Part shown: positions 40,010 through 53,055 of the stretch, piece by piece | How positions within the stretch are numbered: position 1 is the first letter of the stretch | Layout of the letters: the number at the start of each line of letters is the position of its first letter | From: Trichoplax sp. H2 | Taxonomy: Eukaryota | DNA length: 61,124 nt | NCBI GenBank assembly: GCA_003344405.1 | Contig: NOWV01000113.1 | Location: forward strand, 186,001-247,124 | Direction of reading: 5' to 3' | Position numbers and translations under genes: made by a program | The notes under the pieces: model-generated | The model's database searches: none | Told to the model about the DNA's origin: nothing | The model's input: the letters and a program-made list of their open reading frames with translations, nothing else

Positions 40010-42642
40010 ATGGCAGCTGCCAAAATTACCGTTAAATCAAGGAGTTACGCTAAGATTTTATTACATGCAGCTAAGTATCCCCATTGCAAAGTGGATGGCC
40101 TGCTCATCGGTAAATTAACTAACAATGGACGCGATGCCTTGGCTACTGATGCGATACCTTTATTTCATACTAGCCATGGCTTAACTCCTATGCTAGAAAT
40201 AGCCCTTAGTCAGGTTAGGTATCTACGTAACTATCCTGGATAAAACAGTGTCAAAACTTAGAGCACTTAACTTGAAACGGTATCATTTTATGCTGTATTC
40301 TATAGTCATCACCCTCTTTTCCTGGCCTTTATACTAGTACTCGTATCGTACTTTTATACAGGATTAGTGAACGAAAACTGCACGGTGTATATGCTGCGGT
40401 TGTTCAACTTCGATTTTCCTACATTTACAGCATCTGAATACAGTCATGGGCTAAAAATCTTATATTTTAGTAGTGCACGTAATAACTCGAAGTTCATGGT
40501 ACCATATATTGTACTTTGCTTTGATACGCAACAGTCTTTCATCTCTGCAGGAATGTATCAATATCAACTAGAGCTTAGCAGTACTATCCGCGTATTGATA
40601 CGCTGAAATAAACTGTAGACTATCTGCCGCTCACCCGTCGTATCTTTTTACCCATTGCAAAATTTGATACGTATTCAGTTGTCACCACCGACTAACTTAT
40701 CATTTTTACATTTGCCAACTATATCAAACAGTACAGTACAGTGAGTATACTTTTCACATACATTTGGACTAAACTATGGTCCCCCTACTTATGAGCACGG
40801 ACACCGAGTTGATTGAAAACAGCCATGGCATCGAATTCGTGCTAAGTCTCGCTAGGACGAATATAATCTTCACTATTACAGTACACACAGCACATAGTAA
40901 TTATATTATAGGCCATGTTATACATACTTAATTGATATTGCAATACAGAACTTACTCATAACGAACTACTCATATTTAATAAACATAAGGACTTGTGCTC
41001 AACATGAGCAGCTTATTCACGCTCTGTTCAATGCTACAATACTACATTAGCTAATCATCTGCGTTAATAAGAATTCAATAATTTTACGTATGATCGATCT
41101 CGTAAGGAAGAAAAATGTAAACATCAACTTACATACCGAATCATAATTATGGATATCAATTCTTGAATAATGGCCACATAGTAAAGTGCCAGCTAGTTTC
41201 GATTTATGAAGTTTGAAATTATAGTTGCTTAGTACTATCAGTACACTTATACCTATTAAGAATGGAAGGGCGTATTGATCGTGAACTACAAATTGATAAT
41301 TTCACGTTCAATACAGTGAAAATTGATATTTTCTTTTCAAATGAAAACAGTATACATAATGTGTATCCCGTTTAATATACTATTATATAGGCCGAGGCTT
41401 ATGCTGAATCTCAGAAATTGTCCATTGTCGGATATTATCAAGCGAATGAACAGCTATCAGAATCACATACGTAAGTGATATAATGATATTTAACCATAGA
41501 TCTACTTAAGGTAGTAAAATATTATTTAGTACAATGTTTGTATTTCACTTTAGTATCATAAATCTAAAGGTAAAATTTAATCAATTTTTGATACTATATG
41601 TATAAAATTACTTTTATTAGCAAAATTTATAACTGCATTATTAATTAATTATTACAAAACTCATATTTCCTTTATCTGATGTACTACAAATCTTCGACAG
41701 TTAAAAGCTGTACAAGTGGCACAGTAATTAGATCTAAATAGAAAACACCTAATCTAGTACTATCTATAGTATAAGATTATCAGATTTACTTTCTAATAAC
41801 TGCAAAAATCGCAAGCTCTGTACCGTATTACGTAGACTACATTATTTTTGCTCTTTACTGGAGATATTTATACTGTAACGTTGTACAGTAATTTAAATCT
41901 TTATATAAAAATTGATTTTATTTTCTAAGGCCGGATGCTTTTGCTATAAAAATCGCCGATAGGATATTGAGCTGTTGTAAATATTGTAGTTTGATGATGG
42001 TGAGTAGCCCGTATACTAATGCATTAGCCACTATGTTGATTTATATGGATGAAATTAGCAATGTAGCTGTTTCTTTAAAACATTTGATGCGGCGTTATAA
42101 TTAAGATTAATTTGTTTTAACACATATCGGATATCCTTGATTTATATCTTTATACCCTTTGCATTTAAATTATTAAACCACAGGTAGACAATTGTAAAGT
42201 TTCTTTGTCATGTCAAGAAGACGCACTAGTTGTGAGTATCTACAATTATTCAACGATATCTTCATCATGATAATGTGATTGATTGACGCATACTCGATAG
42301 TAATGGGTAACCTTTATTTTAAATAATTATTTTATTATAGTGCTACAATAATATAGAAGGGAAATGGAAGAAAGACTCTCAATAGTAAGCATCGCAAGGC
42401 TGACTTGACAATCATACATGTTGCAATTTTAACATTTGGGATCAACAATATGTGTAATGTGACTAACATTTAATTTCATATTCAGTTCTTTAGAGCATCC
42501 TAATGAAACGTTGCCAGCATTAGCTAAGCTTATGACTGGTAAAGCATACAAGAATTTAAAAGATTTCGATAACCATTTGGATGATATTTCCGTAGATTGG
42601 CTGAACATTAGCATAAACAAACAGATTACAGAAGCTATGTAA
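40010..42642 (+). CDS. EMC8/9: ER membrane protein complex subunit 8/9 (UPF0172), ~200 aa
   Basis: Exons 40010-40213, 41391-41470, 41930-41999, 42184-42231, 42341-42384, 42486-42642 (603 nt). Motifs YAKILLHAAKYPHC, DAIPLFH, LTPMLEIAL, IVGYYQANE, DFDNHLDDISVDWLN. Confidence 0.95.
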
Positions 42643-43497
42643 AACTTTTAGCGATATCTAAGTAAATTTATGATTAATCGCTAATCATTCTATAACGGAT
42701 AATTTACTTTACAGAAATATTTTAATTTAACGATTTTTATGTACAGTGTAAAGTAAAGATCAAACTATGCACCGCTATCCGGATCATTTCGAAATAGATG
42801 ACATTGAACCTTATTTGTTGTTATCATGTACGTTTAAGTAGCACCGGAAATGCTCATTTTACTTAGCCATCTTCATCATAAGAGCAATTCTCGCCTTAGA
42901 ATCTATTGGTCCTCTAATAAAATACAAAATTTATATTGTCACCTATTACTACTCCTATTACGGATAATATTACACCTAGTGCTAGAAGAAATGATTGGCT
43001 ATATGATAATGGATTATAGTGTATTGCATACTTTAACGGAACTTTGATGTTTTTTCTAATATGGCTCGTGCTCGAACAAGTAGTACTGTATTTTTGGACC
43101 TATTTTTGTTTTACTCTAATATGGATACAGGTTAAAGTCAGTCCTTAACTAACTACAGTACCTTAAATATAGCACGTAAATATTACAGATAGGGTTGATA
43201 ATCGTTACCGACCATGCTTATTTAATTAGTAAGCAGTGCTTAGAATAGCAAAAAGTAAACCGAGATCATGACTACTTTACCGAGTACGACATGTAATTGA
43301 ATTAGTATAACTAAATAGGTAGAAAAAATGAATTTGAGAGTATTACAGCGCACGAAATGATGCGCATAAACTTTTACTATGCTAGAATGCTTGGCAAAAG
43401 GTTAAATACAATCGATAAACTCTTATGTTAATAATTATGATTAACTGTATATTGGACGAATAATATTTACTATTTGATATTTTAGTTCTCCGTATAG

Positions 43498-43607
43498 ACT
43501 GAATAAGTCCACAATAGATCGAAAACTATTGGAATAAGTACAAAATATTGTTGATAATTCGCTCCATCCTAATGTAGTGTGCATGATTGGAAGCTGAACT
43601 ATGTCTA
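43498..43607 (+). pseudogene. Decayed receptor tyrosine kinase exon (subdomains III-IV)
   Basis: Reads DRKLLE*VQNIVDNSLHPNVVCMIGS*TMS between an AG and a phase-1 GT donor. The stops fall on the alphaC Glu and the Cys of GxCT. A VIMEY motif follows at 43718-43732. Confidence 0.55.
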
Positions 43608-44893
43608 GTAATTTTTTGCTGTAGCTATTAGAAAGTAGAATTGGAAGAACCAAACCACCGGAAATTTTAACTCAAATTTTTTTCAAAAATCACGATGAAG
43701 ACAGTTGTGATTGTGAAGTAATCATGGAGTACAAATATTATGCTACCTTTAATTAAAATACTAGTGTAGTAATAGCAGATATGTTATTAATTTTTGCATT
43801 CGGTTTTAGAAAGCAGGCTTGTCATCAATAAACCTGCAAATGTTGTACGCGTAGTATTATATAGTAAGAACAAGCATTAATATAATGTAGACTCACGGTT
43901 AATCTTAAATGCTCCTTCTAATACAACAGTATTAACTGTATGATGAAGCTGATGACTTAAGTTGTGTGACCATACAGAACTTTGTATATAGCAAAACATT
44001 CTGATATCTTTATCATAAGCACTCTACCAAACTGAAATAATTATTGTGGCTTAATTGCTTGTATAACTAATGTACTTGCATCTGCAGTGATTTTGCGTAC
44101 ACTACAGCATCATACTTATCCTCTTCACGAGTCTCTAGATTAATAAACTAGTATCATAGCTACAGTTTAAGACTTTATGAAGGAGTTTGATGCCAATTTT
44201 TTTTGGGGGGGGGGGAGAATATAGGTATGTTGGTGTCTTCCACAATCATTTCCTCTGCACCTGATGTATGTTACACAATACGTATTTAATTTCAAGTCAT
44301 AAGACTTGCTAGTTTACTTTCCAAAATGTGTGCTCATTCCTTTTATTCGATCACAGCTACCTTACTGCTATATTTTGTTAGCTGCAGCTTTATAGTAGCA
44401 TATCGCGGTCGATTTTAATTGGTAAATTGTTATTACATTACCAGTTTTATACACTAGTAAATAATTAATTAATGAGCTACGTAAAGAGACTTCTCCCAAG
44501 TAGAATTCTCATAATGCGAAAGGCCTAATCTTGGAATTGATCATTAAATAGCTAGATATATGCGATTGGTTAGGAGCAAAGTATTATATAATATTGCACG
44601 GAAGTCATCTAAAATTAAATAATTGTTTTTATTATTAGTGTCGTATTATATTAATCGGAAATTCGAAGAAATTCTCGATAGGATACGTATAATAATTTCA
44701 ATTACCTATACTTTTAGTTGTATAAATGAACTCTACATTTGTAGAAAAAAACGTCAAGTCAAACTTTGTCCTAGTACAATACAGTAAGTTGTATTAGTTT
44801 ATCATTAAAAGCACACCACCGATCCATCGCTATCGAGCAATGATACCTAAAATCTAAAGTTGCGGTTTTAATAATACATTGTAACTCAACGGA

Positions 44894-45292
44894 TCATGAT
44901 GATCTGGATAGAAGTGTATAAGCTACCACAGCAACTATTAAAACGATAACAATTGTGCTAAAATTCGATCCTCCTTTATTCGTTTCTTGAGCATTTGGTG
45001 GGAAAAAGTGAACCTTGTAGTCCGTCTCATTCACTTCTGACTGGACAATATCTCCAATATAATAATTCTGCATCATGCTTCGAGCGTCGGTAGAGTGGCC
45101 TACGTCTTCGAAAGCTTCTGTAGCTTCTTTGCCAGCCATTTCTAGCAATACTTCCTCTCCACCTGGATGTTCCTCCATAAATTTCGACACGTCATACACC
45201 TTGTTATGTATTATCAACCATAGCGCCTGACCATTGTTGTGCTTAGCAACTTCTTCTCTGGTAAATGTCTTTGTCGATTCTTCAGAAGACAT
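44894..45292 (-). CDS. CYB5: Cytochrome b5, tail-anchored, 132 aa, intronless CDS
   Basis: [52 protein letters not shown], and a C-terminal hydrophobic anchor. Confidence 0.97.
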   Translation of the reverse strand: MSSEESTKTFTREEVAKHNNGQALWLIIHNKVYDVSKFMEEHPGGEEVLLEMAGKEATEAFEDVGHSTDARSMMQNYYIGDIVQSEVNETDYKVHFFPPNAQETNKGGSNFSTIVIVLIVAVVAYTLLSRSS

Positions 45293-45394
45293 TTTTCCTT
45301 ACTCCTTCAAGGCAATGAAACTGATAAAAAATGGCAACAATCACAAGTGCACGTTTACAATTTCTGAACTAAGACCACAGTCACTTTTCTTTTT

Positions 45395-45469
45395 ACTGTA
45401 CAGTACAGTACAGTACTGTGCTGAGCGGTATTGTACTGTATTGCACAGTACAGTACAGTACTGTACTGC
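45395..45469. repeat. TACAG/CTGTA pentamer island upstream of cytochrome b5
   Basis: actgtacagtacagtacagtactgtg...gtactgtattgcacagtacagtacagtactgtactgca, ~100-180 bp from the ATG. Confidence 0.85.
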
Positions 45470-46334
45470 AGGTTATAACCTCGGCGGTCAAATAACCCAA
45501 CTACAAAAGTACCACCTAAGTCAAATAATAGGTTGTAACAAAGGGTTTTTACCCAAGTCAACAACAAGGAATCACGAATAACCCTTGTTTTTTTCAACAG
45601 TGATCATGGTGTTACCGGTATTACGATGCGAGTTGTAAAAATGGTTAGACCGACCATGCATGTAACAGCGACTGATAGTTTGTATTAGAAACTTTAAAAA
45701 AATATAATTGTGTGATACTGTAATAAAAGTAATAAAAACATCAAGAGCCAATTACTCAAGGCTTTACTGATCTGTCTGCGTAGAATTTGAGCCAGAATTT
45801 AAAGACATAATTGAAGGCAACATAGCTGAACATCGTTCAACCAGTTCACAGGGCGTGGCGTGCCCCTGGAATAAAAATGAAATAAAATAATAGTGGTCCA
45901 ATTACAGTACAGTACACTTACAGCACGTCATCATCATTAACTAGTAATGACGGTTACTCAATGTCTTCTTATAAGGGTCTCTACTGTACTGTACAGTACA
46001 GTACCGTAAATGGAGATGAGGAAAAATTCGAAAACCGGTTCGAACGTACTGGAGTGTAACCAGTACTAAGTATCAGTGTCAGTGTCACGTGTAATACAGC
46101 ACAACGTGTACTTATAACTGACTATAACTGAGTACTTTACCGAAATGGCACGACAGATAGACTACGGCATTTTGGACGGACAGATGCTTGACCTCATTTC
46201 TTCATCAAATTGTGTCCAACACCTCGTTAAAAATTAGGAGTCAACTTATGACTATAGAAAAATAAAAAACTAGAAGTTTTAAAAGCTTGGCCGACACGAT
46301 TACTATACTGTACAGCACTTGTACTTTACAGTAG

Positions 46335-46657
46335 TATGCAGACAGTCGATTCTGAATTGACTGATTTTTTCTAAATTAAGTAATTGATTGCATCCCATTA
46401 CCTACTGCTAAACTGCTGCATGGAAGATAGACGGACTTTTCTTACCAAATATAATGAGGTCATCAATATCGAAAAATGATTACTTACTTAGTATGGGTCT
46501 TCCATATCTGTTTTCTAAGTCACTGGTTCTAATTTAAATAGCGTCTATGATCTTATAGAACTGTTTTTAAGTAGAATTTTGTCACAGATAATAAGATTTA
46601 ATGCAATATTTCTTAATGTAGAAAACATCAGTCAATTCAAAATCGACCTTTTGCATA
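46335..46657. mobile_element. Foldback/MITE-like element, ~320 bp, ~55-bp imperfect terminal inverted repeats
   Basis: Left arm tatgcagacagtcgattctgaattgactgattttttctaaattaag; reverse complement of right arm tatgcaaaaggtcgattttgaattgactgatgttttctacattaag. Inner atggaaga/tcttccat pair; TA at both outer ends. Confidence 0.65.
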
Positions 46658-46781
46658 TTAAACTACTACCAAAACGAGGTATTTGGCAGATACGCGTATT
46701 TTGACGCAATGAAGTCGAAAATATCCGTCCGTCTGAAGAGCGATACAAATACTGTAATGAAGAAATGATGATCATGCAATA

Positions 46782-47270
46782 CACTACAGTACAGTGCAAT
46801 ACTGTACAGTACAGTACATTGTACCGCATACAGTACTGTACACTGTACTGTACAGTACACTGTGTACAGTACAGTATACTGTACGTACAGTGTGCTGTAG
46901 TACTGTACAGTACAGTATGATATGATGACAGTCATAGGATCAATCTTTGAATAACAGTTTCGGCGGTTTCGTTATACTGTATGACACATTTTTACTGAAA
47001 ATACATTTTGCAAAACTACAGTTAGTTTTCAGCTCCCGTAATTACACGATTTTCAAGTACGATTTGTACAATGAAAACTGACAATCTGATTTGGGAAGAT
47101 TCAAATACAGTACTGTACTGTACAGTACAGTACTGTAATCTTCCTACAGGCGTTACAGATGTACTGTATCTACTGTACTGACCGCAGTGTGCGTAATGTC
47201 CGTACTGTAAGTAGTAAAGAAGAAGGAAGTTCCAAACACTGCTCACTAAATTGTAATGTACAGTACAGTA
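46782..47270. repeat. Dense TACAG/CTGTA islands (46782-46918 and 47105-47270)
   Basis: Near-continuous tacag/ctgta units, including the palindrome actgtacagt. Confidence 0.85.
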
Positions 47271-48576
47271 AATAAAAGATTTCCTTTTCGTTGCTGAATC
47301 TTCATTGTATCATTAAATAATGAGAGTATCAATGCCCATTTCCTACCTACTCACTTGCGTAATATTATACTTTAGTATAACTTCACATTTCCTTTGCATG
47401 CAACGTATTCCTTCTACATTGATTAATCATTTATTGTTTTCACATGACGGAATTTAAATTAAACTAGCTTGGTAAAGCTGATATAGTTAAAGGTTACAGT
47501 CTCTGAATCATTCAGATCTAATTTGACGAATCTAATGCATATTACCCTAAAACTAATTCTGCACCAGAGAAGTAAATTGTTAATCTTAGTAGAGCAACAG
47601 CAATGCAACTACTTTTGGAAGGTAGTATATTATGAATATTAGACCTATTTCAAATCATTCCACGCGATGTACAGATTAAACATACTGTACACTGTACAGT
47701 ACAATAATGTAATACCGACAGTTACCGTAGTCCGTTTTGTCTCTATTATGCACAATCAATAAGATTATACAGAGTACGCATAGTACTGTATAGCTTGCAT
47801 TAAATTATTGAGGATGTGCGTACTTATTTTAATTTAGGAAATATACAGTATGATATATTTAGTTTAATTTAAAGCCTGCATCATTTAGATGTTGTACAAG
47901 GCACCATAAAAATTAGCGATTGCTTCATGGTTATATCACGCCGCCGCATGAATGATGATCGAGATAGTAAATAGCTGAAAAATTAAATTTATTTATTTAC
48001 TATAAAATTAATTCATCTTACTGTTAGTTATAAAAATAATAATCTTAAAAAATTTCAATTATTAAAAAAAAATAAAGGTCATCTTAGGTCGCTGTCACTC
48101 GTATACAATGTAACATTTACAACATTGTACTGTAGTCGGTTCTAGATTTAAAGTAATACTTGACATAGTCAAGACTATAAATATATACATTTATATTTCA
48201 TACCACATCGTGAAGTACTATATTCTCGTCCAAAAAATAATTTTTGCACTAATAAATTCTGGATTCACTGCTATTGTCTTTAATAGATATACAGCCTACA
48301 GCATGGTATGAAAATAATCAGTAAAGCGTAAGAAAAACTCTTAGGTATTGTTGATAAAATACGATAATATTATTCATCGAAAGTTGGCTATTCCATAATT
48401 GAAAGCGAATTTAATATACAAAACTTTATCGTTTCATAAGATCCTTAATCTTAATAAATTTAGAGGTTATTTTCACATAATCAGAGAATGAAGAAACAGT
48501 CAGAAAACGGTAGCCGGGATTAAATCATAAGTCTTTATGTGATATAGGTATGATATGCTCTATGTAGATCGAATAT

Positions 48577-51500
48577 CTAGGCATCAGGTTGATGTTTATT
48601 GGAGTCTGTAATATTTCTGCATCCCACACTACCTCTTCGGCTTTTCTTACGTTTTATTGCATCATTAATTCTTTGTATTAGTCTGATCGTTAAAATGATG
48701 GAGTAAACGGCAGTAACTGCTGCCATCATAAACGTCCAGCGATAGCATTTTAAGCCGTAACAGGTTAAACCATCACCTGGTCTGATGTAGAACTGGTAAA
48801 TTGCTGCAAAAACACGTTGATAAACGATTGTACCTGTTGCAGTACTTAGCATCATCCAACCCCAATTCCAACCAAAATTTCTGGTACCAAATAACTCACT
48901 TATCATAGTTGGTGTCAAACACCAAATCGATCCGAAGGAAGCTCCAATAACGATTGAATTCAATACTAATACAGCATAACTACCCAGGAAAAACATTGAA
49001 ATAAATTGCATAACAGCTAATAGTATCAACCAGAAAAGTAAAATAGTAGCTCGAGGGACTCTGTGAATAAGTCGGTCAGAGACGTAACCTGCGATAATAC
49101 GGGCAACACAACTTGCCACAGGCGTTAAAGTCGATAGGAATCCATTATCTTTACCTAAATGAAAAGACTCTAAAATAGATGAGACGTTATTCATATAAGT
49201 CAAACCAACACCACCACCAATATTAGCAATCCAAAATATATATTGGAAATCAAGATTGATTAGAATGGAAAAGCCACCCATATCACCAAGGATAGCGTCA
49301 TCAGTATCTTTATCAGGTTCAAAGCATGAGTCATTCGATTTAGTTGATACACTATCTTGTGTACATACATTCACTGATAAAATTTCTTCATCAGGAGGTA
49401 ATAATTTTAAGAAGATCATTGCTAAAATATTAACAATGACGATTACAATTGCACACATTAAGAAGAATCCCTTGAGATTCTGTTTTTCTTCGTCGCCATT
49501 ATCATGTCCGTTAACAAATGAACCTGCGTAGATACCAGCAAATATTGCCGCACTACCACCATACATTGCATCTACGCAACCAACCACGGTTCCTCGTAGC
49601 CGAAGAGGATAATTATTGATTGTCGTCATTAAGCACGCCATGTATGTTATGGTGCTTCCTTGGCCTAAACAGTTGATAGTTACAGTTTGTTGGTATATTA
49701 ATAAAAAAGAAAGAATTAAATCTTCACATTAAGTAGTCATACTCTTCTAGACTCCACAAGTAACGCCTGTTGTGATGATAGCATGTAAAATTGTAAATCA
49801 CTTGTATATGTTACGTGTTTTTAATGTCAGTTTGGTGCAATAGTTGTCATGGTAAATTAATAATGATATTTGTATAAAAGATAGCGATAGTCTCCTAATA
49901 ACTCGTATTTATAACATATCTTTCACGTTTCACCTCGAAATGAAGTCAGACAGACTTGCCTTCAATTATAATTATTGGACAAACTTACATCGACTATATG
50001 CTACGTTACAGCATACTCGTACATGCAAGTAATATATTGTCCGTTCACTCCCACTTTTAATTTTAACCTATTGTAGTATTAGTAAGCCTTGCATACAATA
50101 GCAGCGAATGATATATTCACGTTTATAGATACTTGTTTGGCACTACGTTGCCTAAATTATAGGGTTCAAGAAAGTATTGTTGCTCACAGTGTTTCAGTGT
50201 CATAGTATAGATTATGGTACAGCGCCTCTACTGATTGTGAGCCTTTTAGAAGGGTAGTTATTATGCGTTATAGTAGCAGTACTATTCTTACTAGATCTTT
50301 CGACAGATAAGGGTGGAAACTGTAGAAGTAACTCAAAGTAAGTGCTTTACGTTAGACTAGTAAATTTGTCAGTAAGTAGTCCATGACAATACTGTAGACC
50401 AGTGTCCTTAAAAGGCAACCCGAAACCCGACTCGAGGCGGGATTCGGGTGAAGAATTTCTGTAGCGATACAGTGTTTGTCTAGTGATTGCACTTATTTCG
50501 GGTTAGAAAATCAACAATTTGATCGGGTTCGGGTTACGTTTTCACTCCATTGGAGGACTCTGCTGTAGACTGTTAGAGGGTAAGACTCGGTATCTCCACG
50601 GCCGATTCTAAGTCGAACTGCAATTTTCTCGTGCTCAACTGAATGGGACTGAGTCGTGAAGATAGCTAGCTAGTTAAGACTCAAGAGTACATTTTTATAA
50701 CCGTAATTCAAGTACTTTAAATGTAGATAATGCCCAAAGGGCTTGGTTGTTGTTGAAAAATTACTGTAAGCGCAAAATCTTATTAAATGTCATTATTCAA
50801 TCATAAGCAATACGTACCGACAATAAAGTAGAAGAGACATTGCCAACCGTACGCTGTAGAGAAGTAATCTTTGAGTAAAACACTCATCCACATTAGCATG
50901 TATCCTGAGCTGTAAACAATCAGACCCAGGAAGGCAGTCCACTTCGGACCGTATCGATTGAAGAATATTCCTACCGGAAATCCTATGCAGGTGCCGACAT
51001 TTCCCATTGCCGAAATTGTTTCAACTGTGGTGTCCATTAGAAAGTAACATAATAAGATAAAATAGCATACGTATACATTAATTAAGTTAAACCAACAGTT
51101 ATATATACAGCACTAGATTGCAATTTATTAACATTCTTATAACTACATCGAATCATTTTGTACGCCTGAATATTTATTTCTTTCACATGAAACATACGAA
51201 CTCTTTTAACTATGACATAATAATAATAATAAATACATTATTATGCATAATTAAATAGCGAAACTTCAATCGTTCAAATAGCTACCTAAGCACTACTGTA
51301 TATCTGATGATATACAACATTTTAAAAGTTTCAATTTGCACGATTGTTATGAAATTACCCATTTACTAACTATTCCACTGCATTAGCTACAGCTCAAGCT
51401 CCAGACTGCACAGTGCACAGCCCTAGCCTTTCTGCAACCTTAGAAGGTCAATGAGGATTCTAGACTTAGGAGTGGTGCAATTAATAATATTTTTTTAAAT

Positions 51501-51929
51501 ATAAGAACTTACGCGTATGATTAATTAATTAATTTTTACTACTAATATGATTAGGTCTATTCTAAACATTACTGCTACTATATTGATATTCAATCTATAA
51601 CTATAGATTGAATACAATATATTACCGTGATCGCATCGTATACTGTAATAATTGGCCGTTAAGCAAAACATTGCAGAAAAGACTAGACTTTAACATAAAT
51701 ACAGCAAAGTAAAGTACGCTACATGTACATTTGATACAATATGGATTATATTATTCCTTTGCAAGTACTGACCTTCCGATTGATCGTAACCGAAAGTCTT
51801 CTTGAAGGCTGGCTCAAAGGCACTAAAAGCATACAATGTACCACTTATCGCCATACCCATCAAAGCGACTATAAACGCTGTCGTTCGCCGAATCATCACT
51901 CGATCATATCGGATCCTTGATAAATCCAT
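48577..51929 (-). CDS. Major facilitator superfamily transporter, Nodulin-like/MCH1-type, ~483 aa
   Basis: Exons 51773-51929, 50818-51024, 48577-49664 (1452 nt in frame). Motifs GTLYAFSAFEPAFK, GIFFNRYGPK, NYPLRLRGTVVG, GYVSDR, PTMISELFGTRNFGWNWG, CYGLKCY; many TM segments. Confidence 0.9.
50400..50562. mobile_element. hAT-superfamily MITE (163 bp) with perfect 8-bp target-site duplication, in MFS intron 2
   Basis: CTGTAGAC at 50392-50399 and 50563-50570; ends CAGTGTCCT... and ...AGGACTCTG; subterminal AACCCG / CGGGTT repeats in inverted orientation. Confidence 0.85.
51579..51621. repeat. Near-perfect inverted repeat (hairpin) in MFS intron 1
   Basis: tatattg-a-tattcaatctata / ac / tatagattgaata-caatata. 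Confidence 0.7.
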
Positions 51930-52058
51930 AATTACTTGTATTTATCAAGCTTAAAGCAAGCGTAATTATAAGATTAGGAAAAAGATAAGTGCTTGTAAAT
52001 CTACTCTATCTATCTACAGGAATGAATGATACACCTAGGTTTAAGGTTATAACAAGGA

Positions 52059-52632
52059 CTGTACGACCTGCGAAGGCGCCTTGTACAGTATGTACAGTAC
52101 ACAATGTACTGTACAGTACTGTACAGTACTGTATAGTAGAATGAAAAGCTTAATTAAAGTACTGATACAATACACATACACTACAGTACAGTACACTACT
52201 TGACCAGACTCACTTTCAACTATATTATAGTACAGTGTAGTTGTTTACCTTTACCTCTATGGTATACAGTATTTGCATACTAAACTCATGATAATCACGC
52301 TTCAAATCCCAAAGCCTGCAATGCTGGAAGTTTTATTTGCCGTTTGAACTTGACAGGACTTTACTGTACAGTACACTGTACAGTATGTAGATTCAACTAC
52401 TGTAATGCACATGTCTGAGGGGTCTGCTATACTGTACAGTACAAAGTTTTTATACGCGATTGTAAAGTACATACTGTACACTGTACTGTATTGTACTGTA
52501 TGCTGGTTAACTTTAACCTTTTCTGCTTTGACCTTACTATTATTATTATTATACAGTACAGTATATTTTACCTAAGGTATAAAATGTTTGTGTACCGTGA
52601 TATAGTACAGTACACTGTTATACTGTAATAGT
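52059..52632. promoter_or_regulatory. TACAG/CTGTA island in the MFS-ZDHHC bidirectional promoter
   Basis: Many tacag/ctgta units, e.g. gtactgtacagtactgtacagtactgta (~52106-52133), between divergent ATGs 51929(-) and 53056(+). Confidence 0.6.
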
Positions 52633-53055
52633 AGGTTGCGTATATGAAACAGAGGATTTGCATTTCATCAGGCAGTGCTAGTCACCACTCACTCAGAGAT
52701 AATCAGTCGTCAATACCATCGTTACAGTCAGATGGCATGAAAGTTACTCCAGTCTCCAACAGTGATAGACCTAGAAATTCTCTAAGACAGCAGTCTATTA
52801 ATTGGCTTTGGTTGCTTTTCAACATCATTTATAGTTGTTACTAAATTATAAAAATTGAAAAATTATTTATTGTACCGGCATATACGTACAGTGCAATAGT
52901 GTATAACATACTGCGGTATTATACTGTACAGGACAGTTTATTCCTACTGGTGTTGCCGTATTTCTTCGCTTTAATCATCACTTTTTTGGAATGGTAACAT
53001 TGATTTGAACATTAACACACCAGTTGGTCTTGTTAAGCATATTGTGGATACCAAT

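Noticed and set aside
44197-44215. T8-G11 homopolymer run
   Set aside because: Simple low-complexity run with no supporting context.
45234-47246. Short ORFs rich in YSTVQYCTVL (45234-45581, 45355-45597, 46632-46829, 46666-46935, 47022-47246; also 60163-60408)
   Set aside because: Translation artefacts of the TACAG/CTGTA repeats, not proteins.
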